In this document: one piece after another, positions 18,334 to 28,008 of the stretch | Numbering within the stretch: position 1 is the stretch's first letter | How the letters are laid out: the number at the start of each line of letters is the position of its first letter | Source of the DNA: Candidatus Dojkabacteria bacterium | GTDB taxonomy: Bacteria; Patescibacteriota; Dojkabacteria; JAFGLO01 | Reading direction: 5' to 3' | Assembly: GCA_016927995.1 (NCBI GenBank) | Contig: JAFGLO010000003.1 | Coordinates: 8,791 to 72,790 of the forward strand | Length of the DNA stretch: 64,000 bases | Notes under the pieces: generated by a model | Told to the model about the DNA's origin: nothing | The model's input: the letters and a program-made list of their open reading frames with translations, nothing else | Database searches by the model: none | Translations under genes and position numbers: made by a program

Positions 18334-19701
18334 CTATATTCTAAATGGATTTACTCCAATAGCAGTTAATAGATGCTCTAGGCCTCGGGCACCCCTTGCT
18401 CTTCTCCACAAATTCCTTACAGAATCAATAAAAAGTCCTAAACTCTCTTTAGAATTAAGAGACTCAATCCAATTCGACTTTAACCTTGTGTTATCAGAAT
18501 TATCTCTAAAAATGTCCTTTAGCTGACTCAGCGCATAAAAGATTGCAAGAACATGAAAGTTACAGTCAATAAGTGCAAGTGCACAAATGACCATAGTATT
18601 AGCATTCGGATCAATGGTTCGTGAATATTCTTTATACCACCGAACAAAATCCATAATATTCGGGCTATCATTCACACTTTCCCTTCTAAATTCCTCGGCA
18701 ACACGAACATAGTAAGCCCCATTTAATATATCCCACTGTTTGGAACTTAACTCGGAAATCTCGTTCATACGATTACCAACCTGCCTTAAGTCCCAATTTC
18801 CTTTTTCATCTTTCACAAGAAATGGATAACTTGGTCTCTCAAACATTAAATAAGCCGAAAAGATTTGTGCTAAGAACTCTCCTCCATTATGATATAGAAC
18901 CACCGTTGGATAAACATTAAAATCTGCTCTTACCCTTTTGTAAGCAACCGAATCTTTGTTAAATTGCCACTTTGATAAGGGATTATCCTCTTGATTAGAT
19001 TCTCTATTCACACCTTGATCAAGATCATTCAGAAACTCTCCTGTTCTGACGAAATGTTCTCTACTCCTGAATGACACACCCTTATTGCCCTCGTTGTATC
19101 TACCCGTTCTTACAAATTTAACTATTTCGTCTATCTGTAAGCAGCCCACATTCAATTCATTTTCACGACAATTAGCCCCTAAATATTTTATAAAAAAGCT
19201 TTGAATTTTCTGACTACTATATTTGGCACCTGCGAATGCCAACACGACAAAAGGTAATCCGAATTCACAATCCTCGGCTATTATATTAAATAGATCTTGC
19301 GCAACGGTATCGTCAAATTCCTCAGTATCTTTCAAGATTTCCAATTCACTTGCAAGAGCCACATACATCGGCATTACAAACTTCATCTGGTAAGGCTGGG
19401 CAGCTGTAACACCCAAATGTCCATCTCTTTCGCGGGTTAGGACGATGGGGTCTCCGTCCATTATTGCATATTTCACGGCCAATATTGATCTACCTGCGGT
19501 TGCGTGATCGGAATGGGCAAGCTGATTGTTTATACGCAAAGCACTCCCTATAAAGTCTCTGGCAGGCTCCCCTGCAAGCAAAGCAGTTTCGTATGGTTTA
19601 CCCTTGAAAACTCTTTTACTAAAAATAGCCTCTAAAGGGTTAGAAATTACGGCTTTACTATTGCCATTACCCCAACAAATCTGGTCAGGTCTAAAACTCA
19701 T
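18334..19701 (-). CDS. Conserved-looking hypothetical protein (455 aa)
   Basis: Long ORF with normal composition. No motif confidently recognised. Confidence 0.4.
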   Translation of the reverse strand: MSFRPDQICWGNGNSKAVISNPLEAIFSKRVFKGKPYETALLAGEPARDFIGSALRINNQLAHSDHATAGRSILAVKYAIMDGDPIVLTRERDGHLGVTAAQPYQMKFVMPMYVALASELEILKDTEEFDDTVAQDLFNIIAEDCEFGLPFVVLAFAGAKYSSQKIQSFFIKYLGANCRENELNVGCLQIDEIVKFVRTGRYNEGNKGVSFRSREHFVRTGEFLNDLDQGVNRESNQEDNPLSKWQFNKDSVAYKRVRADFNVYPTVVLYHNGGEFLAQIFSAYLMFERPSYPFLVKDEKGNWDLRQVGNRMNEISELSSKQWDILNGAYYVRVAEEFRRESVNDSPNIMDFVRWYKEYSRTIDPNANTMVICALALIDCNFHVLAIFYALSQLKDIFRDNSDNTRLKSNWIESLNSKESLGLFIDSVRNLWRRARGARGLEHLLTAIGVNPFRI

Positions 19702-19712
19702 AATTTATTGGA

Positions 19713-20948
19713 TTAGGTTAATCTGATTTGTTTTTGCGTTTTGGTTATCATATCTTTTACCAAATACACTCCATTTTTAGCTTCGTCTTCCCCTATAATC
19801 ACCACATTTTTAGCACCTATTTTGTCAGCAAAGCGAAGCTGCTTATCTAAAGAATCGGCATCAAGATAAGATACAACGGTACATCCTTCTTTCCTTAGCT
19901 TTGCTGCTATTTTGTCTGATAATTCCTTTGTTTCTTTAAACCTTGTTACCAGATAATCCAGGGAATTGTCATACTCCGGCACAAGGTTCCACCCTTCTAA
20001 AAACAACTTTGTAGTCTCATCCCCTGGTGCACATCCAACGGCAGGAAATGAATTTTTACCAAATAGTACTGCAAGTCCGTTATATCTACCCCCGCCAAAA
20101 AGTGACCTTTTATTCTCTGGATTTTCGTCAAACACTTCAAAAACAGTGCCGTCGTAATAATCAAATCCACGAACTATAGAGGTATCAATTTTTACATATT
20201 CAGCAAACCCAAGCTCGGATAACACTTTATACACAGTATTAAGCTCTGTTGTTCCTTCACAATCCGGAAGGTTTTTTATATCACCCGAGACAAAATCTAC
20301 CAAAGCGTCAACATTTGGGACATTAAGCTCTTTAAGTGCAGAAACCAAATCCTCCCTGGATATATTAGCCACCTTATCCATTAGCCTAACAACATTTTGC
20401 CTATTAGCAGAAGGGACAGCCGACAAAACATAGTCTATAAGCTTTCTATTATTAATTCTAACCTTAAACGAATCCTTAGGGGCGCCAAGTGCTAGCATTA
20501 TTTCAATGGCAATCTGGATTATTTCAACATCGGCACTTAACGAATCGGCCCCAAAGATATCATAGTTAAGCTGCCAAAACTCACGATTTCGCCCACGTTG
20601 CGGCTTCTGATTTCTAAAAAAGTTGGCAATGGAAAAGTATCGCACGGGCTTTTGCATGCTTTCATAGGTTTTGGCAACAAGCCGAGTAACAGAAGGTGTC
20701 ATTTCGGGGCGCATTGCAAGTTCACGCCCAGCTCTATCGGTTACTATCATAAGCTCTTTCCCACCTACTTCTTCACCGGATTTGGCTCTATAAATATTGG
20801 CATCCTCTAAAACGGGAGTTAAATACTCTTCGTAGCCAAAGCTTTTACAAACTTTCCGCCAGGTATCAAAAATATATTTACGAATTGCAAATTCTTTTGG
20901 ATCCCAGTCGTATGTTCCTTTGGGTGGATTTACCGATAATGTATTCAT
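19713..20948 (-). CDS. hisS: Histidyl-tRNA synthetase
   Basis: N-terminus GTYDWDPKEFAIRKYIFDTWR. Motif 2-like RYFSIANFFRNQKPQRGRNREFWQLNYDIFG. HisRS motif 3 GGGRYNGL. Confidence 0.85.
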   Translation of the reverse strand: MNTLSVNPPKGTYDWDPKEFAIRKYIFDTWRKVCKSFGYEEYLTPVLEDANIYRAKSGEEVGGKELMIVTDRAGRELAMRPEMTPSVTRLVAKTYESMQKPVRYFSIANFFRNQKPQRGRNREFWQLNYDIFGADSLSADVEIIQIAIEIMLALGAPKDSFKVRINNRKLIDYVLSAVPSANRQNVVRLMDKVANISREDLVSALKELNVPNVDALVDFVSGDIKNLPDCEGTTELNTVYKVLSELGFAEYVKIDTSIVRGFDYYDGTVFEVFDENPENKRSLFGGGRYNGLAVLFGKNSFPAVGCAPGDETTKLFLEGWNLVPEYDNSLDYLVTRFKETKELSDKIAAKLRKEGCTVVSYLDADSLDKQLRFADKIGAKNVVIIGEDEAKNGVYLVKDMITKTQKQIRLT

Positions 20949-21022
20949 TTTAGGTTCTTTAGTTAATTTATATATGATATCAGATATTCCTTACTTCATC
21001 ATCTGTTACATAAAACAGAGGG

Positions 21023-21379
21023 CTATGTATGCGGATGAGAAGAAAGCTTGGTTATAACCTTGAAATAACCGCTTTGAGGACGACTTAAAAACTTGTTTAC
21101 ACGAGTCACCGTGGCAATACTTACACCGGTTCTTTCGGAAACCTTCCTCTGGGGAAATCCAATATAAAGCCACTTAGCAGCCTGGAATCTGCCTACAAAT
21201 GCACGAAGTTCTGCTTCGGTCATCAGATCAAAGCAAAACTCGTAAAGCTCTTTTTTATTCTTGCATTCAAGAAAAGCCTCTAGCAATTCCTTGAGCGGTT
21301 TTTTAAACCTTTGTGGTTTTTTCTTAGCAATATTTCCGGACATATCTGTTATTTGAAACTGATTTGTTTTTTTACACAT
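21023..21379 (-). CDS. TrpR-like YerC/YecD family helix-turn-helix protein
   Basis: TEAELRAFVGRFQAAKWL...QRKVSERTGVSIATVTRVNKFL matches the YerC/YecD pattern (T..E...L..RF..AK....Q..IS..TG.S.ATI.RVNR.L). Confidence 0.5.
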   Translation of the reverse strand: MCKKTNQFQITDMSGNIAKKKPQRFKKPLKELLEAFLECKNKKELYEFCFDLMTEAELRAFVGRFQAAKWLYIGFPQRKVSERTGVSIATVTRVNKFLSRPQSGYFKVITKLSSHPHT

Positions 21380-21526
21380 CGTATTATTACATTAATACAA
21401 TGTACTTGTCAAACAGACTAATCGTCCGCAAGAAATCCTACTGGAAAAGTTCATTTTTTCTGACACAAAAATTTCAACCAGAGACTTTCAAAATAGATCC
21501 CGGAAGACTTTAGTCACCTTATAGAG

Positions 21527-22639
21527 CTACTTATTTCTTCTTAAAAAGGCAGGTTTGTCAAGATCATCCATGTCTTCATCGTCATCACTAACGGTAGAAC
21601 TAATTTTGCCGGCACTTAAGTTTACTCCACCGCTTTTAATAATTGGTTCGGCAAGATCCTGTCCCTTTTCGAGATCTCGTTGTTTCCCTTCGTCGAATCC
21701 CGTAGCAAGAACAATAACCTGAAGCTCGTCACCCATGTCTTCATTAAGGCTTGCACCAAAGATAACATTGGCGGAAGGATCCGCGGCGCCCTGAACCATT
21801 TCGGCAATTGTGTCAATCTCATGCATAGACATTGTGGGACCGCCAACAATATCCAAAAGTACACCCGTCGCACCATCCATACTCATATTAAGAAGTGGGC
21901 TTGTTGTAGCCATTTTAGCAGCTTGTTCAGCCCTATTCTCCCCAGATGCACTACCCATTCCCATAAGTGCAGACCCACTGTCACGCATGATTGATTTTAC
22001 ATCGGCAAAGTCTACATTAACGTATCCTGTTTGGGTTACAAGGCTTGAAATACTACGCACGGCCTGAGCCAAAACTTCATCAACCTTACGCATGGCTTCA
22101 AGGAAAGATATGTTTTTGTCGATAATTTCAAGAAGACGCTGATTAGGAATTGTTATCAAAGTATCAACATTGCCCTTTAAGTTTTCGATACCTTCCAGGG
22201 CAACATCCATTCGGCGCTGTCCTTCAAACTTAAATGGCTTAGTGACAATAGCAACCGTTAAAGCACCCATCTCTTTACAAATTTTTCCGATTACGGGCGC
22301 AGCACCCGTGCCTGTTCCGCCACCCATTCCTGCGGTAATAAAGACCATATCCGAACCGGCTAACACCTCCTGCAGTTGGTCAATCGACTCCTCGGCAGCC
22401 TTTTGACCCGTAACCCAATCACCACCGGAACCAAGCCCTTTAGTTAATGTTTCACCAATGGGAACAGTAACAGGAGCAAGTGAGTTATGCAGAGCCTGAA
22501 CGTCAGTGTTAACTGACACAAAATCAACCCCTTCAATATTATATTGAGAGATCATGGTGTTAATGGCGTTTCCACCACCACCACCCACACCTACTGCTTT
22601 AATTCGAGCAACCGGATCAACTGTTGGAGTAACTAACAT
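21527..22639 (-). CDS. ftsZ: Cell division GTPase FtsZ
   Basis: GVGGGGGNAINTM and tubulin signature TAGMGGGTGTGAAPVI. Confidence 0.95.
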   Translation of the reverse strand: MLVTPTVDPVARIKAVGVGGGGGNAINTMISQYNIEGVDFVSVNTDVQALHNSLAPVTVPIGETLTKGLGSGGDWVTGQKAAEESIDQLQEVLAGSDMVFITAGMGGGTGTGAAPVIGKICKEMGALTVAIVTKPFKFEGQRRMDVALEGIENLKGNVDTLITIPNQRLLEIIDKNISFLEAMRKVDEVLAQAVRSISSLVTQTGYVNVDFADVKSIMRDSGSALMGMGSASGENRAEQAAKMATTSPLLNMSMDGATGVLLDIVGGPTMSMHEIDTIAEMVQGAADPSANVIFGASLNEDMGDELQVIVLATGFDEGKQRDLEKGQDLAEPIIKSGGVNLSAGKISSTVSDDDEDMDDLDKPAFLRRNK

Positions 22640-22661
22640 AATTTTTTTATAATAAGTTCAG

Positions 22662-23996
22662 TTATTTGTTCGAAGGGAAAAGATTCTTAAACCAATCCCT
22701 TATTTTTCCGATAATTTCTACACCTTTATTTCCACCAAACACTCTACCTCCACTTATATCTACCTCTTCAACCAACGCATATTTAATAAGTCCTTGAACC
22801 GTTGCAAATTCCGAATCGTTAATTTCATCAGTCATTCCACGAAGTCCCGATGGCTTACCAATTCTTGCCGTTACGCCAAAAACCTTTTTAACATGCTCAA
22901 CGATACCCTCAAGCTTTGCTCCACCACCCGTTACCACAACCCCAGCCGGAATAGCTAATTGCACCTTTGACTTTTGTACCTGAGATTTAACAAGTTCTAA
23001 AATCTCTTCAATTCTTGCGGCAACAATATCTTTACAAAATTCTTTTGACACTTTCTCAATACTTGTAATTCCAAGCCCGGTAACATCGACCTCATCGGTA
23101 CTAATTTTCTTTGACTTTTTCTCGGAGGGTTTCTCGGATTTTTTTCGGTTAATTGCTGGTGTATTGTCAATTTCTTCGGCATCTACTATCTCTTCATTTT
23201 TACCAGCTACAAGATCCTTAAGCCCGCGTTTAAGCCGCTCGGCCTCCTCGAATGATATTTGTAACCCTGCAGCTAAATCGCTTGTAACATGCATACTACC
23301 AAGCGGAACCACGCCACTGTATGCAATAGATCCTTCGATAAACATTGCAATACTAACTGTTTCTGCACCAATGTCCAAAAGCATTACTCCAAGTTCTTTC
23401 TCGGTATCAGTAAGCACTGAATACGATGAAGCAAGCCCGGAAAACACAATTCCATCAACTCCCATACCCATATTTTGAACAGCTTTAATAAGGTTCTGAA
23501 CTCCTGTTGCAGGTGCAGTTACAAGATGTGTATCAACCTCAAGTCTACTACCCGACATTCCAATTGGATATTTTATTCCACTTTGAGAATCTACTATAAA
23601 TTCACGAGAGATTATGTGTAAAATTTCACGGTCTTGGGAAATTGGTATTGTTTTGGCACTTTCTATTGCACGCAAAACATCATCGGGACCGATATCTTTA
23701 TGCGCAATTGCTACAACACCTTTATTATTGACACTCTGTATGTCTTTTCCATTGATATTAATGTAAACACTGGGGATTGTAATTCCAGCCATACGCTCCG
23801 CGGCAGCAATCGTATTTGCAATTGTCGCAGTAGCTTCGTCAATGTTTACAATGATACCCTTTTTTATACCGGTACTTGGCTGAGTATAAACTCCAACAAC
23901 TTGAGGAATTCGCTCCTCACCATCAATTGCAGCAATAACAGCAGATGACTTAAATGACCCCACATCTAGGGCCGCAACTATTCTCTTACTCATCAA
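22662..23996 (-). CDS. ftsA: Cell division protein FtsA (actin-like ATPase)
   Basis: Actin-fold phosphate-1 motif ALDVGSFKSSAVIA. DIGAETVSIAMF and VVTGGGAKLEGI motifs. Sits immediately upstream of ftsZ. Confidence 0.85.
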   Translation of the reverse strand: MMSKRIVAALDVGSFKSSAVIAAIDGEERIPQVVGVYTQPSTGIKKGIIVNIDEATATIANTIAAAERMAGITIPSVYININGKDIQSVNNKGVVAIAHKDIGPDDVLRAIESAKTIPISQDREILHIISREFIVDSQSGIKYPIGMSGSRLEVDTHLVTAPATGVQNLIKAVQNMGMGVDGIVFSGLASSYSVLTDTEKELGVMLLDIGAETVSIAMFIEGSIAYSGVVPLGSMHVTSDLAAGLQISFEEAERLKRGLKDLVAGKNEEIVDAEEIDNTPAINRKKSEKPSEKKSKKISTDEVDVTGLGITSIEKVSKEFCKDIVAARIEEILELVKSQVQKSKVQLAIPAGVVVTGGGAKLEGIVEHVKKVFGVTARIGKPSGLRGMTDEINDSEFATVQGLIKYALVEEVDISGGRVFGGNKGVEIIGKIRDWFKNLFPSNK

Positions 23997-24086
23997 AATT
24001 ACTTATTTAAATAATGCCTTTAGCAATTTACATCTTGAACTATGATAATAACCACAGCCCAATTTGTCAAATATACGTGATTTCGG

Positions 24087-24851
24087 TTATCTCCCCCTTT
24101 CGGTTATTATTAGCCTGTCTTCATACAATCTAAATACTGTTTTAGGAATATACTCGGGATACAAAACCAGTAGAGTCTCAAGATTACTCAATGCATAAGT
24201 ATAGTCCACTCCACAATCAATCTCAATCTGGTTATCATTTGCCACAACAACAACCTGGTTTCGGTCAAAAACGGCAACAACCGGATCCGAAATTGCAGTC
24301 GTTAATATACCACTACTTGCAATCTTTTGGTATATGTCCCAGGCACACTTAGTGCCTTCGTCTACAATCTCTGAACCTATTTGGTATTCACGATTTCTTT
24401 CGTCGGCAATATATATGGGACAGTCGGAGCCATCTTCTACATTATCAATTACAAAATTATCAACTATGTAAAGAACACCGTTTTGTCCCATTATACAATA
24501 ATCAGGCTCATATTCGTTTACCCAAAACACAAGCTTATTAGGAAAAACCTTTTCGACATAGACTTCGTCAACCCAGACAAAATCATTTTCGGTCCGAGAT
24601 TCCAGTACACTTTTGTTTATTGAATACAACGGCTTTCCAATATATTCAGAAAATCTCGAGGTAATATCGTTTGATTCGGTTTTTAGATAACCGGTGTCTG
24701 TAGAAAAATACTTTACCTCGATGGAGGAAACCAACGTAATCTTGAAATAAAAAAGATAGAGAAGGAATCCAAACACCAAAATGGTAAATCCAACAAATAC
24801 GGTACGAACACTAGGAATCTTTATGGCAAAAAATCGTTTTCTTTTTTTCAT
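24087..24851 (-). CDS. ftsQ: FtsQ/DivIB-like cell division protein (TM + POTRA)
   Basis: Single N-terminal TM. POTRA-like pattern I..IEV......L........G..L..I.......L.......V....V.KVFPNKL.F.V.EYEP......G..YIVD. Located upstream of ftsA-ftsZ. Confidence 0.55.
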   Translation of the reverse strand: MKKRKRFFAIKIPSVRTVFVGFTILVFGFLLYLFYFKITLVSSIEVKYFSTDTGYLKTESNDITSRFSEYIGKPLYSINKSVLESRTENDFVWVDEVYVEKVFPNKLVFWVNEYEPDYCIMGQNGVLYIVDNFVIDNVEDGSDCPIYIADERNREYQIGSEIVDEGTKCAWDIYQKIASSGILTTAISDPVVAVFDRNQVVVVANDNQIEIDCGVDYTYALSNLETLLVLYPEYIPKTVFRLYEDRLIITERGR

Positions 24852-24869
24852 TCTAGGCAGTAATCAATA

Positions 24870-24943
24870 TGCCGAGGATCAGATTTGAACTGATGACCCC
24901 ACCGTTTTCAGCGGTATGCTCTACCAAGCTGAGCTACCTCGGC
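24870..24943 (-). tRNA. tRNA-Phe (anticodon GAA)
   Basis: Reverse complement reads GCCGAGG-TA-GCTC-AGCTTGGTA-GAGC-A-TACCG-CTGAAAA-CGGTG-GGGTC-ATCAG-TTCAAAT-CTGAT-CCTCGGC-A. This is a clean cloverleaf with anticodon GAA. CCA is not encoded. Confidence 0.85.
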
Positions 24944-25059
24944 AAGTTAAGGCAAACATTATCACAATCAATAACTGTTTGCAATTATATTATACATGAA
25001 ACACCCCTCCCTTCGTCAAACTATGATACAATACACCGTTTAACTTTTCACAAACAAAA

Positions 25060-26067
25060 ATGGATTTTACATACAAATCGAAAAAACATTCAAACACTCA
25101 CATTACCTACAACGTAACAGTAGATTACAAAGAATATGACAAAATTAAAGAAGAAGTCTACGACGAACTTGCCAAAGATATTGAGCTTAAGGGTTTTCGA
25201 AAGGGACAAGCCCCACGAAACATGGTTGAACCAATGATCCTTAAAGATTTAATAAATAAAAGCCTTGAACGCCTATTATCCAAAATCACAAGTGAAATGC
25301 TTGAAAAAGAAGGTGTTGACCCTGCATCTACTGCAAAATACGACGTAAAAGAGGTAGACAAGACAAAGGGTATAAGTTTCGAAGTCGAATTTTACGTTTA
25401 CACCAAATTCTCATTGCCAGACATTAAGAAAATAAAAATTAAAATATCCCAACCCAAGGTAACAGCCGACGAAGTAAAGGCTGCAATCGAAAATACAAGG
25501 GAAGAATGGAATAAAAGCAAGACCAAAGGCAAAATTACTAAAGTTACCGACAAATGGATAAAAGAGTTAAAGCTTCCAAAAGTTGAAACAATTTCTGACT
25601 TCGAGAAATTCGTAGAAGCCGAACTCTTGCATCAAAAGTATCATATTGAGGAACAGCGAATTTTTAATGAGATATTGGATAAAGAAGTCGCAAAATCCAA
25701 AATTGAAATTCCCGAGAACGTCATCGAAAACATTAAAAAAGGTGAGCATCAACGTTTGGACGAAGAGCTTAAAAAGCTTAAACTTACAAAAGAAAAATAT
25801 CTAAAAAGTAACAAAAAAACCGAAGCGGAGCTTGAAAGTGAGTGGGTTGAGAAATACTCAAAATCAATAAGTACGGAAATCTTTCTAAGCAGATACGGAA
25901 GAATAAATGATGTAAAAGTTCCCCAAGAGCTTTTGGAAGCCCTTAAAAAGCAATACGAAGGAAGTCCTTTACTCTATAGAGCCGTCGAAAAAGCATTTTT
26001 GGATTTAAGCGCCAATCATTTCTGGCAGGAAATTAAAAAAATAAACAAAATCGAGCACACTCATTAG
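25060..26067 (+). CDS. tig: Trigger factor-like chaperone lacking the PPIase domain
   Basis: N-terminal ribosome-binding signature GFRKGQAPRNMVE (compare TF GFRKGKVP). The remainder resembles the TF C-domain. No FKBP-like G-D-x-V-x-I-D-F segment is present. Length is 335 aa. Confidence 0.55.
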   Translation: MDFTYKSKKHSNTHITYNVTVDYKEYDKIKEEVYDELAKDIELKGFRKGQAPRNMVEPMILKDLINKSLERLLSKITSEMLEKEGVDPASTAKYDVKEVDKTKGISFEVEFYVYTKFSLPDIKKIKIKISQPKVTADEVKAAIENTREEWNKSKTKGKITKVTDKWIKELKLPKVETISDFEKFVEAELLHQKYHIEEQRIFNEILDKEVAKSKIEIPENVIENIKKGEHQRLDEELKKLKLTKEKYLKSNKKTEAELESEWVEKYSKSISTEIFLSRYGRINDVKVPQELLEALKKQYEGSPLLYRAVEKAFLDLSANHFWQEIKKINKIEHTH

Positions 26068-26721
26068 ATGACACTAACAGAGAAGATTGATAAATACATT
26101 CTTGGTAACATTTTGTACCTATTATTTGCCTTCTTTTTTTTATACAATGCACTTGCATTTGGCGCACCTATTTTGCATAAAGTCGGCATTATAAAGCCAG
26201 CTGAAGCTATCTATAAACTTTATTCAAAGTTTTGTCATCAGATGCCTGATCGTTCGTTTTTTCTTTTGGGGGAAAAGCTCGTATACACAAAACAGGAACT
26301 TTTTGACGCAGGATTTAGTAATGCATTCGAGGAAGACCCAATTAACTATCAGATAGCATCAAGAAGTTTTTACGGAACAGATAATTTAGGATACAAAATT
26401 GCCTACTGTAGTAGAGATACAGGGATCTATCTTATGATGCTTGCAGTTCTTGTTGCAGTAACTTTCACAAAGCTACAGTTTAAGTTTATGCCCACGTTTG
26501 CTAAACTTTTGTTTGTTCTCCCTATGGCACTTGATGGCGGAATACAGCTTGTATCAGCAATTCTATATTACACCGGAAGCATCGATGCGCTTTTTTATGA
26601 AAGCAATGTAACAAGAAGGTTAATTACAGGTGCTTTATTTGGATTTGCAATGGGTACACTTCTTTTTCCTTATATAAAAAGTGAGACTGCACCGGTTAAG
26701 GTAAAAGGTGATTATCTCTAG
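26068..26721 (+). CDS. DUF2085-like membrane protein
   Basis: Conserved FCHQMPDRSF motif in a 4-5 TM protein. The start abuts the tig stop. Confidence 0.45.
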   Translation: MTLTEKIDKYILGNILYLLFAFFFLYNALAFGAPILHKVGIIKPAEAIYKLYSKFCHQMPDRSFFLLGEKLVYTKQELFDAGFSNAFEEDPINYQIASRSFYGTDNLGYKIAYCSRDTGIYLMMLAVLVAVTFTKLQFKFMPTFAKLLFVLPMALDGGIQLVSAILYYTGSIDALFYESNVTRRLITGALFGFAMGTLLFPYIKSETAPVKVKGDYL

Positions 26722-26758
26722 CCCCCCAGTCCCCAACCGCTGCCTGGGAGGGGATAGC
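26722..26758. terminator. GC-rich imperfect inverted repeat between convergent genes (putative bidirectional terminator)
   Basis: ccccccagtccccaaccgctgcctgggagggga stands out in AT-rich DNA. It contains the complementary pairs cccag/ctggg and tcccc/gggga. Confidence 0.3.
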
Positions 26759-26761
26759 TTA

Positions 26762-27997
26762 TCAATTTACCGTTTCCCCATGTCTATCAATACTTAACAG
26801 CAAACCAACGGCGATCATTACAATCAGAATCGAAGAACCACCATAGGTTACAAACGGCAGTGGCAGACCGGTAAGCGGAATAACTACAAGATTAGTAGCA
26901 AAATGTAGAAGTGCCTGAAGTAAAATCCATGCCCCAATACCAAGTGCAATAAGCCGCCCTATCGGATCGACGGTTTTTAATGCAATCATTGTTGCAAATA
27001 CTGCAAAAGCCACATACAATCCCATAAACAAAATCCCGTTCCAAAAACCTACTTCCTCAAGAATTACAGCAATAATTGAATCGGTAAAAGCAGTATTTTC
27101 GACCAAAAAACCATGTTCCTGCATTGAGTTACCTAGTCCAACTCCCTTTGCACCACCGTTCCCAATTCCTATTAAAATTCGCTGGATCTGATACCCGCTT
27201 CCATGCATCTCCTCTTCAGATACAATTCCGGTTTTAAATACCTCAAGAAACGTATTTATACGTTTAAGTCTGTATGGCGCTACGATTCCAGCAACAACCA
27301 TTAGTAAAAGCAGAATAATTACTACGGAAATACTTCCCATCATGTGTACGATATCTTTACCCGAAACAAAAAAAATTATAAATGAGGTTGCCAATACAAT
27401 CATAGTAGTTCCCATATCCGGTTCAATAAGAATCAGAAGCCCTATGCCTCCCGCAATTGCTAAAAATCCTAACAAATCATATAAGAAGTGTCTTTGTAGT
27501 GCCTCTTTAAAAGATTTAACAGTTGGTTTAGGCTTAGAAAGCCAAGATGCCAAATAAATTATTATTCCAAGTTTTGCAAACTCAGCCGGCTGAATTGTCC
27601 CCACCCCGGGAATAACAAACCAACGCCTTGATCCACCAATATACTCACTTAAAAACAATACTGCAACAAGCGAAACAATCATTCCCGAAAGTAAAACAAC
27701 CATGAACTTACCTTTAGTAAATTTTCGGTAGTCGATCCGAGAAATAACCAGAATTGCCAAAGATCCAAGAGCAACCCACACCAACTGTCTGACTACAAAG
27801 TGAAACTTATCGTGAAATACCGTTACCGCTTGATATATACTTGCGTCAAATATAAAAACGATTCCGGCAAACAAAAGGATAAAGGTTATAGCAAGAATAC
27901 CCCAAGACAGAAGTGACATTTTGGGGGAGTTCCTATTAATTCCTTTTACAGAAAATGCTCTAATTTTCCCGGACTCAGAACCTAATATCACTGGCAT
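26762..27997 (-). CDS. SEDS-family peptidoglycan glycosyltransferase (FtsW/RodA)
   Basis: Polytopic protein with SEDS motifs GGSRRWFVIPGVGTIQPAEFAKLGIIIYLA and DSIIAVILEEVGF. Confidence 0.8.
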   Translation of the reverse strand: MPVILGSESGKIRAFSVKGINRNSPKMSLLSWGILAITFILLFAGIVFIFDASIYQAVTVFHDKFHFVVRQLVWVALGSLAILVISRIDYRKFTKGKFMVVLLSGMIVSLVAVLFLSEYIGGSRRWFVIPGVGTIQPAEFAKLGIIIYLASWLSKPKPTVKSFKEALQRHFLYDLLGFLAIAGGIGLLILIEPDMGTTMIVLATSFIIFFVSGKDIVHMMGSISVVIILLLLMVVAGIVAPYRLKRINTFLEVFKTGIVSEEEMHGSGYQIQRILIGIGNGGAKGVGLGNSMQEHGFLVENTAFTDSIIAVILEEVGFWNGILFMGLYVAFAVFATMIALKTVDPIGRLIALGIGAWILLQALLHFATNLVVIPLTGLPLPFVTYGGSSILIVMIAVGLLLSIDRHGETVN

Positions 27998-28008
27998 TTA
28001 AGAAAACT

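Noticed and set aside
21622-22406. Multiple plus- and minus-strand ORFs inside ftsZ
   Set aside because: Shadow ORFs in a gene with unmistakable FtsZ signatures.
24869-25117. 82-aa plus-strand ORF
   Set aside because: It overlaps the minus-strand tRNA-Phe gene and has no coding character.
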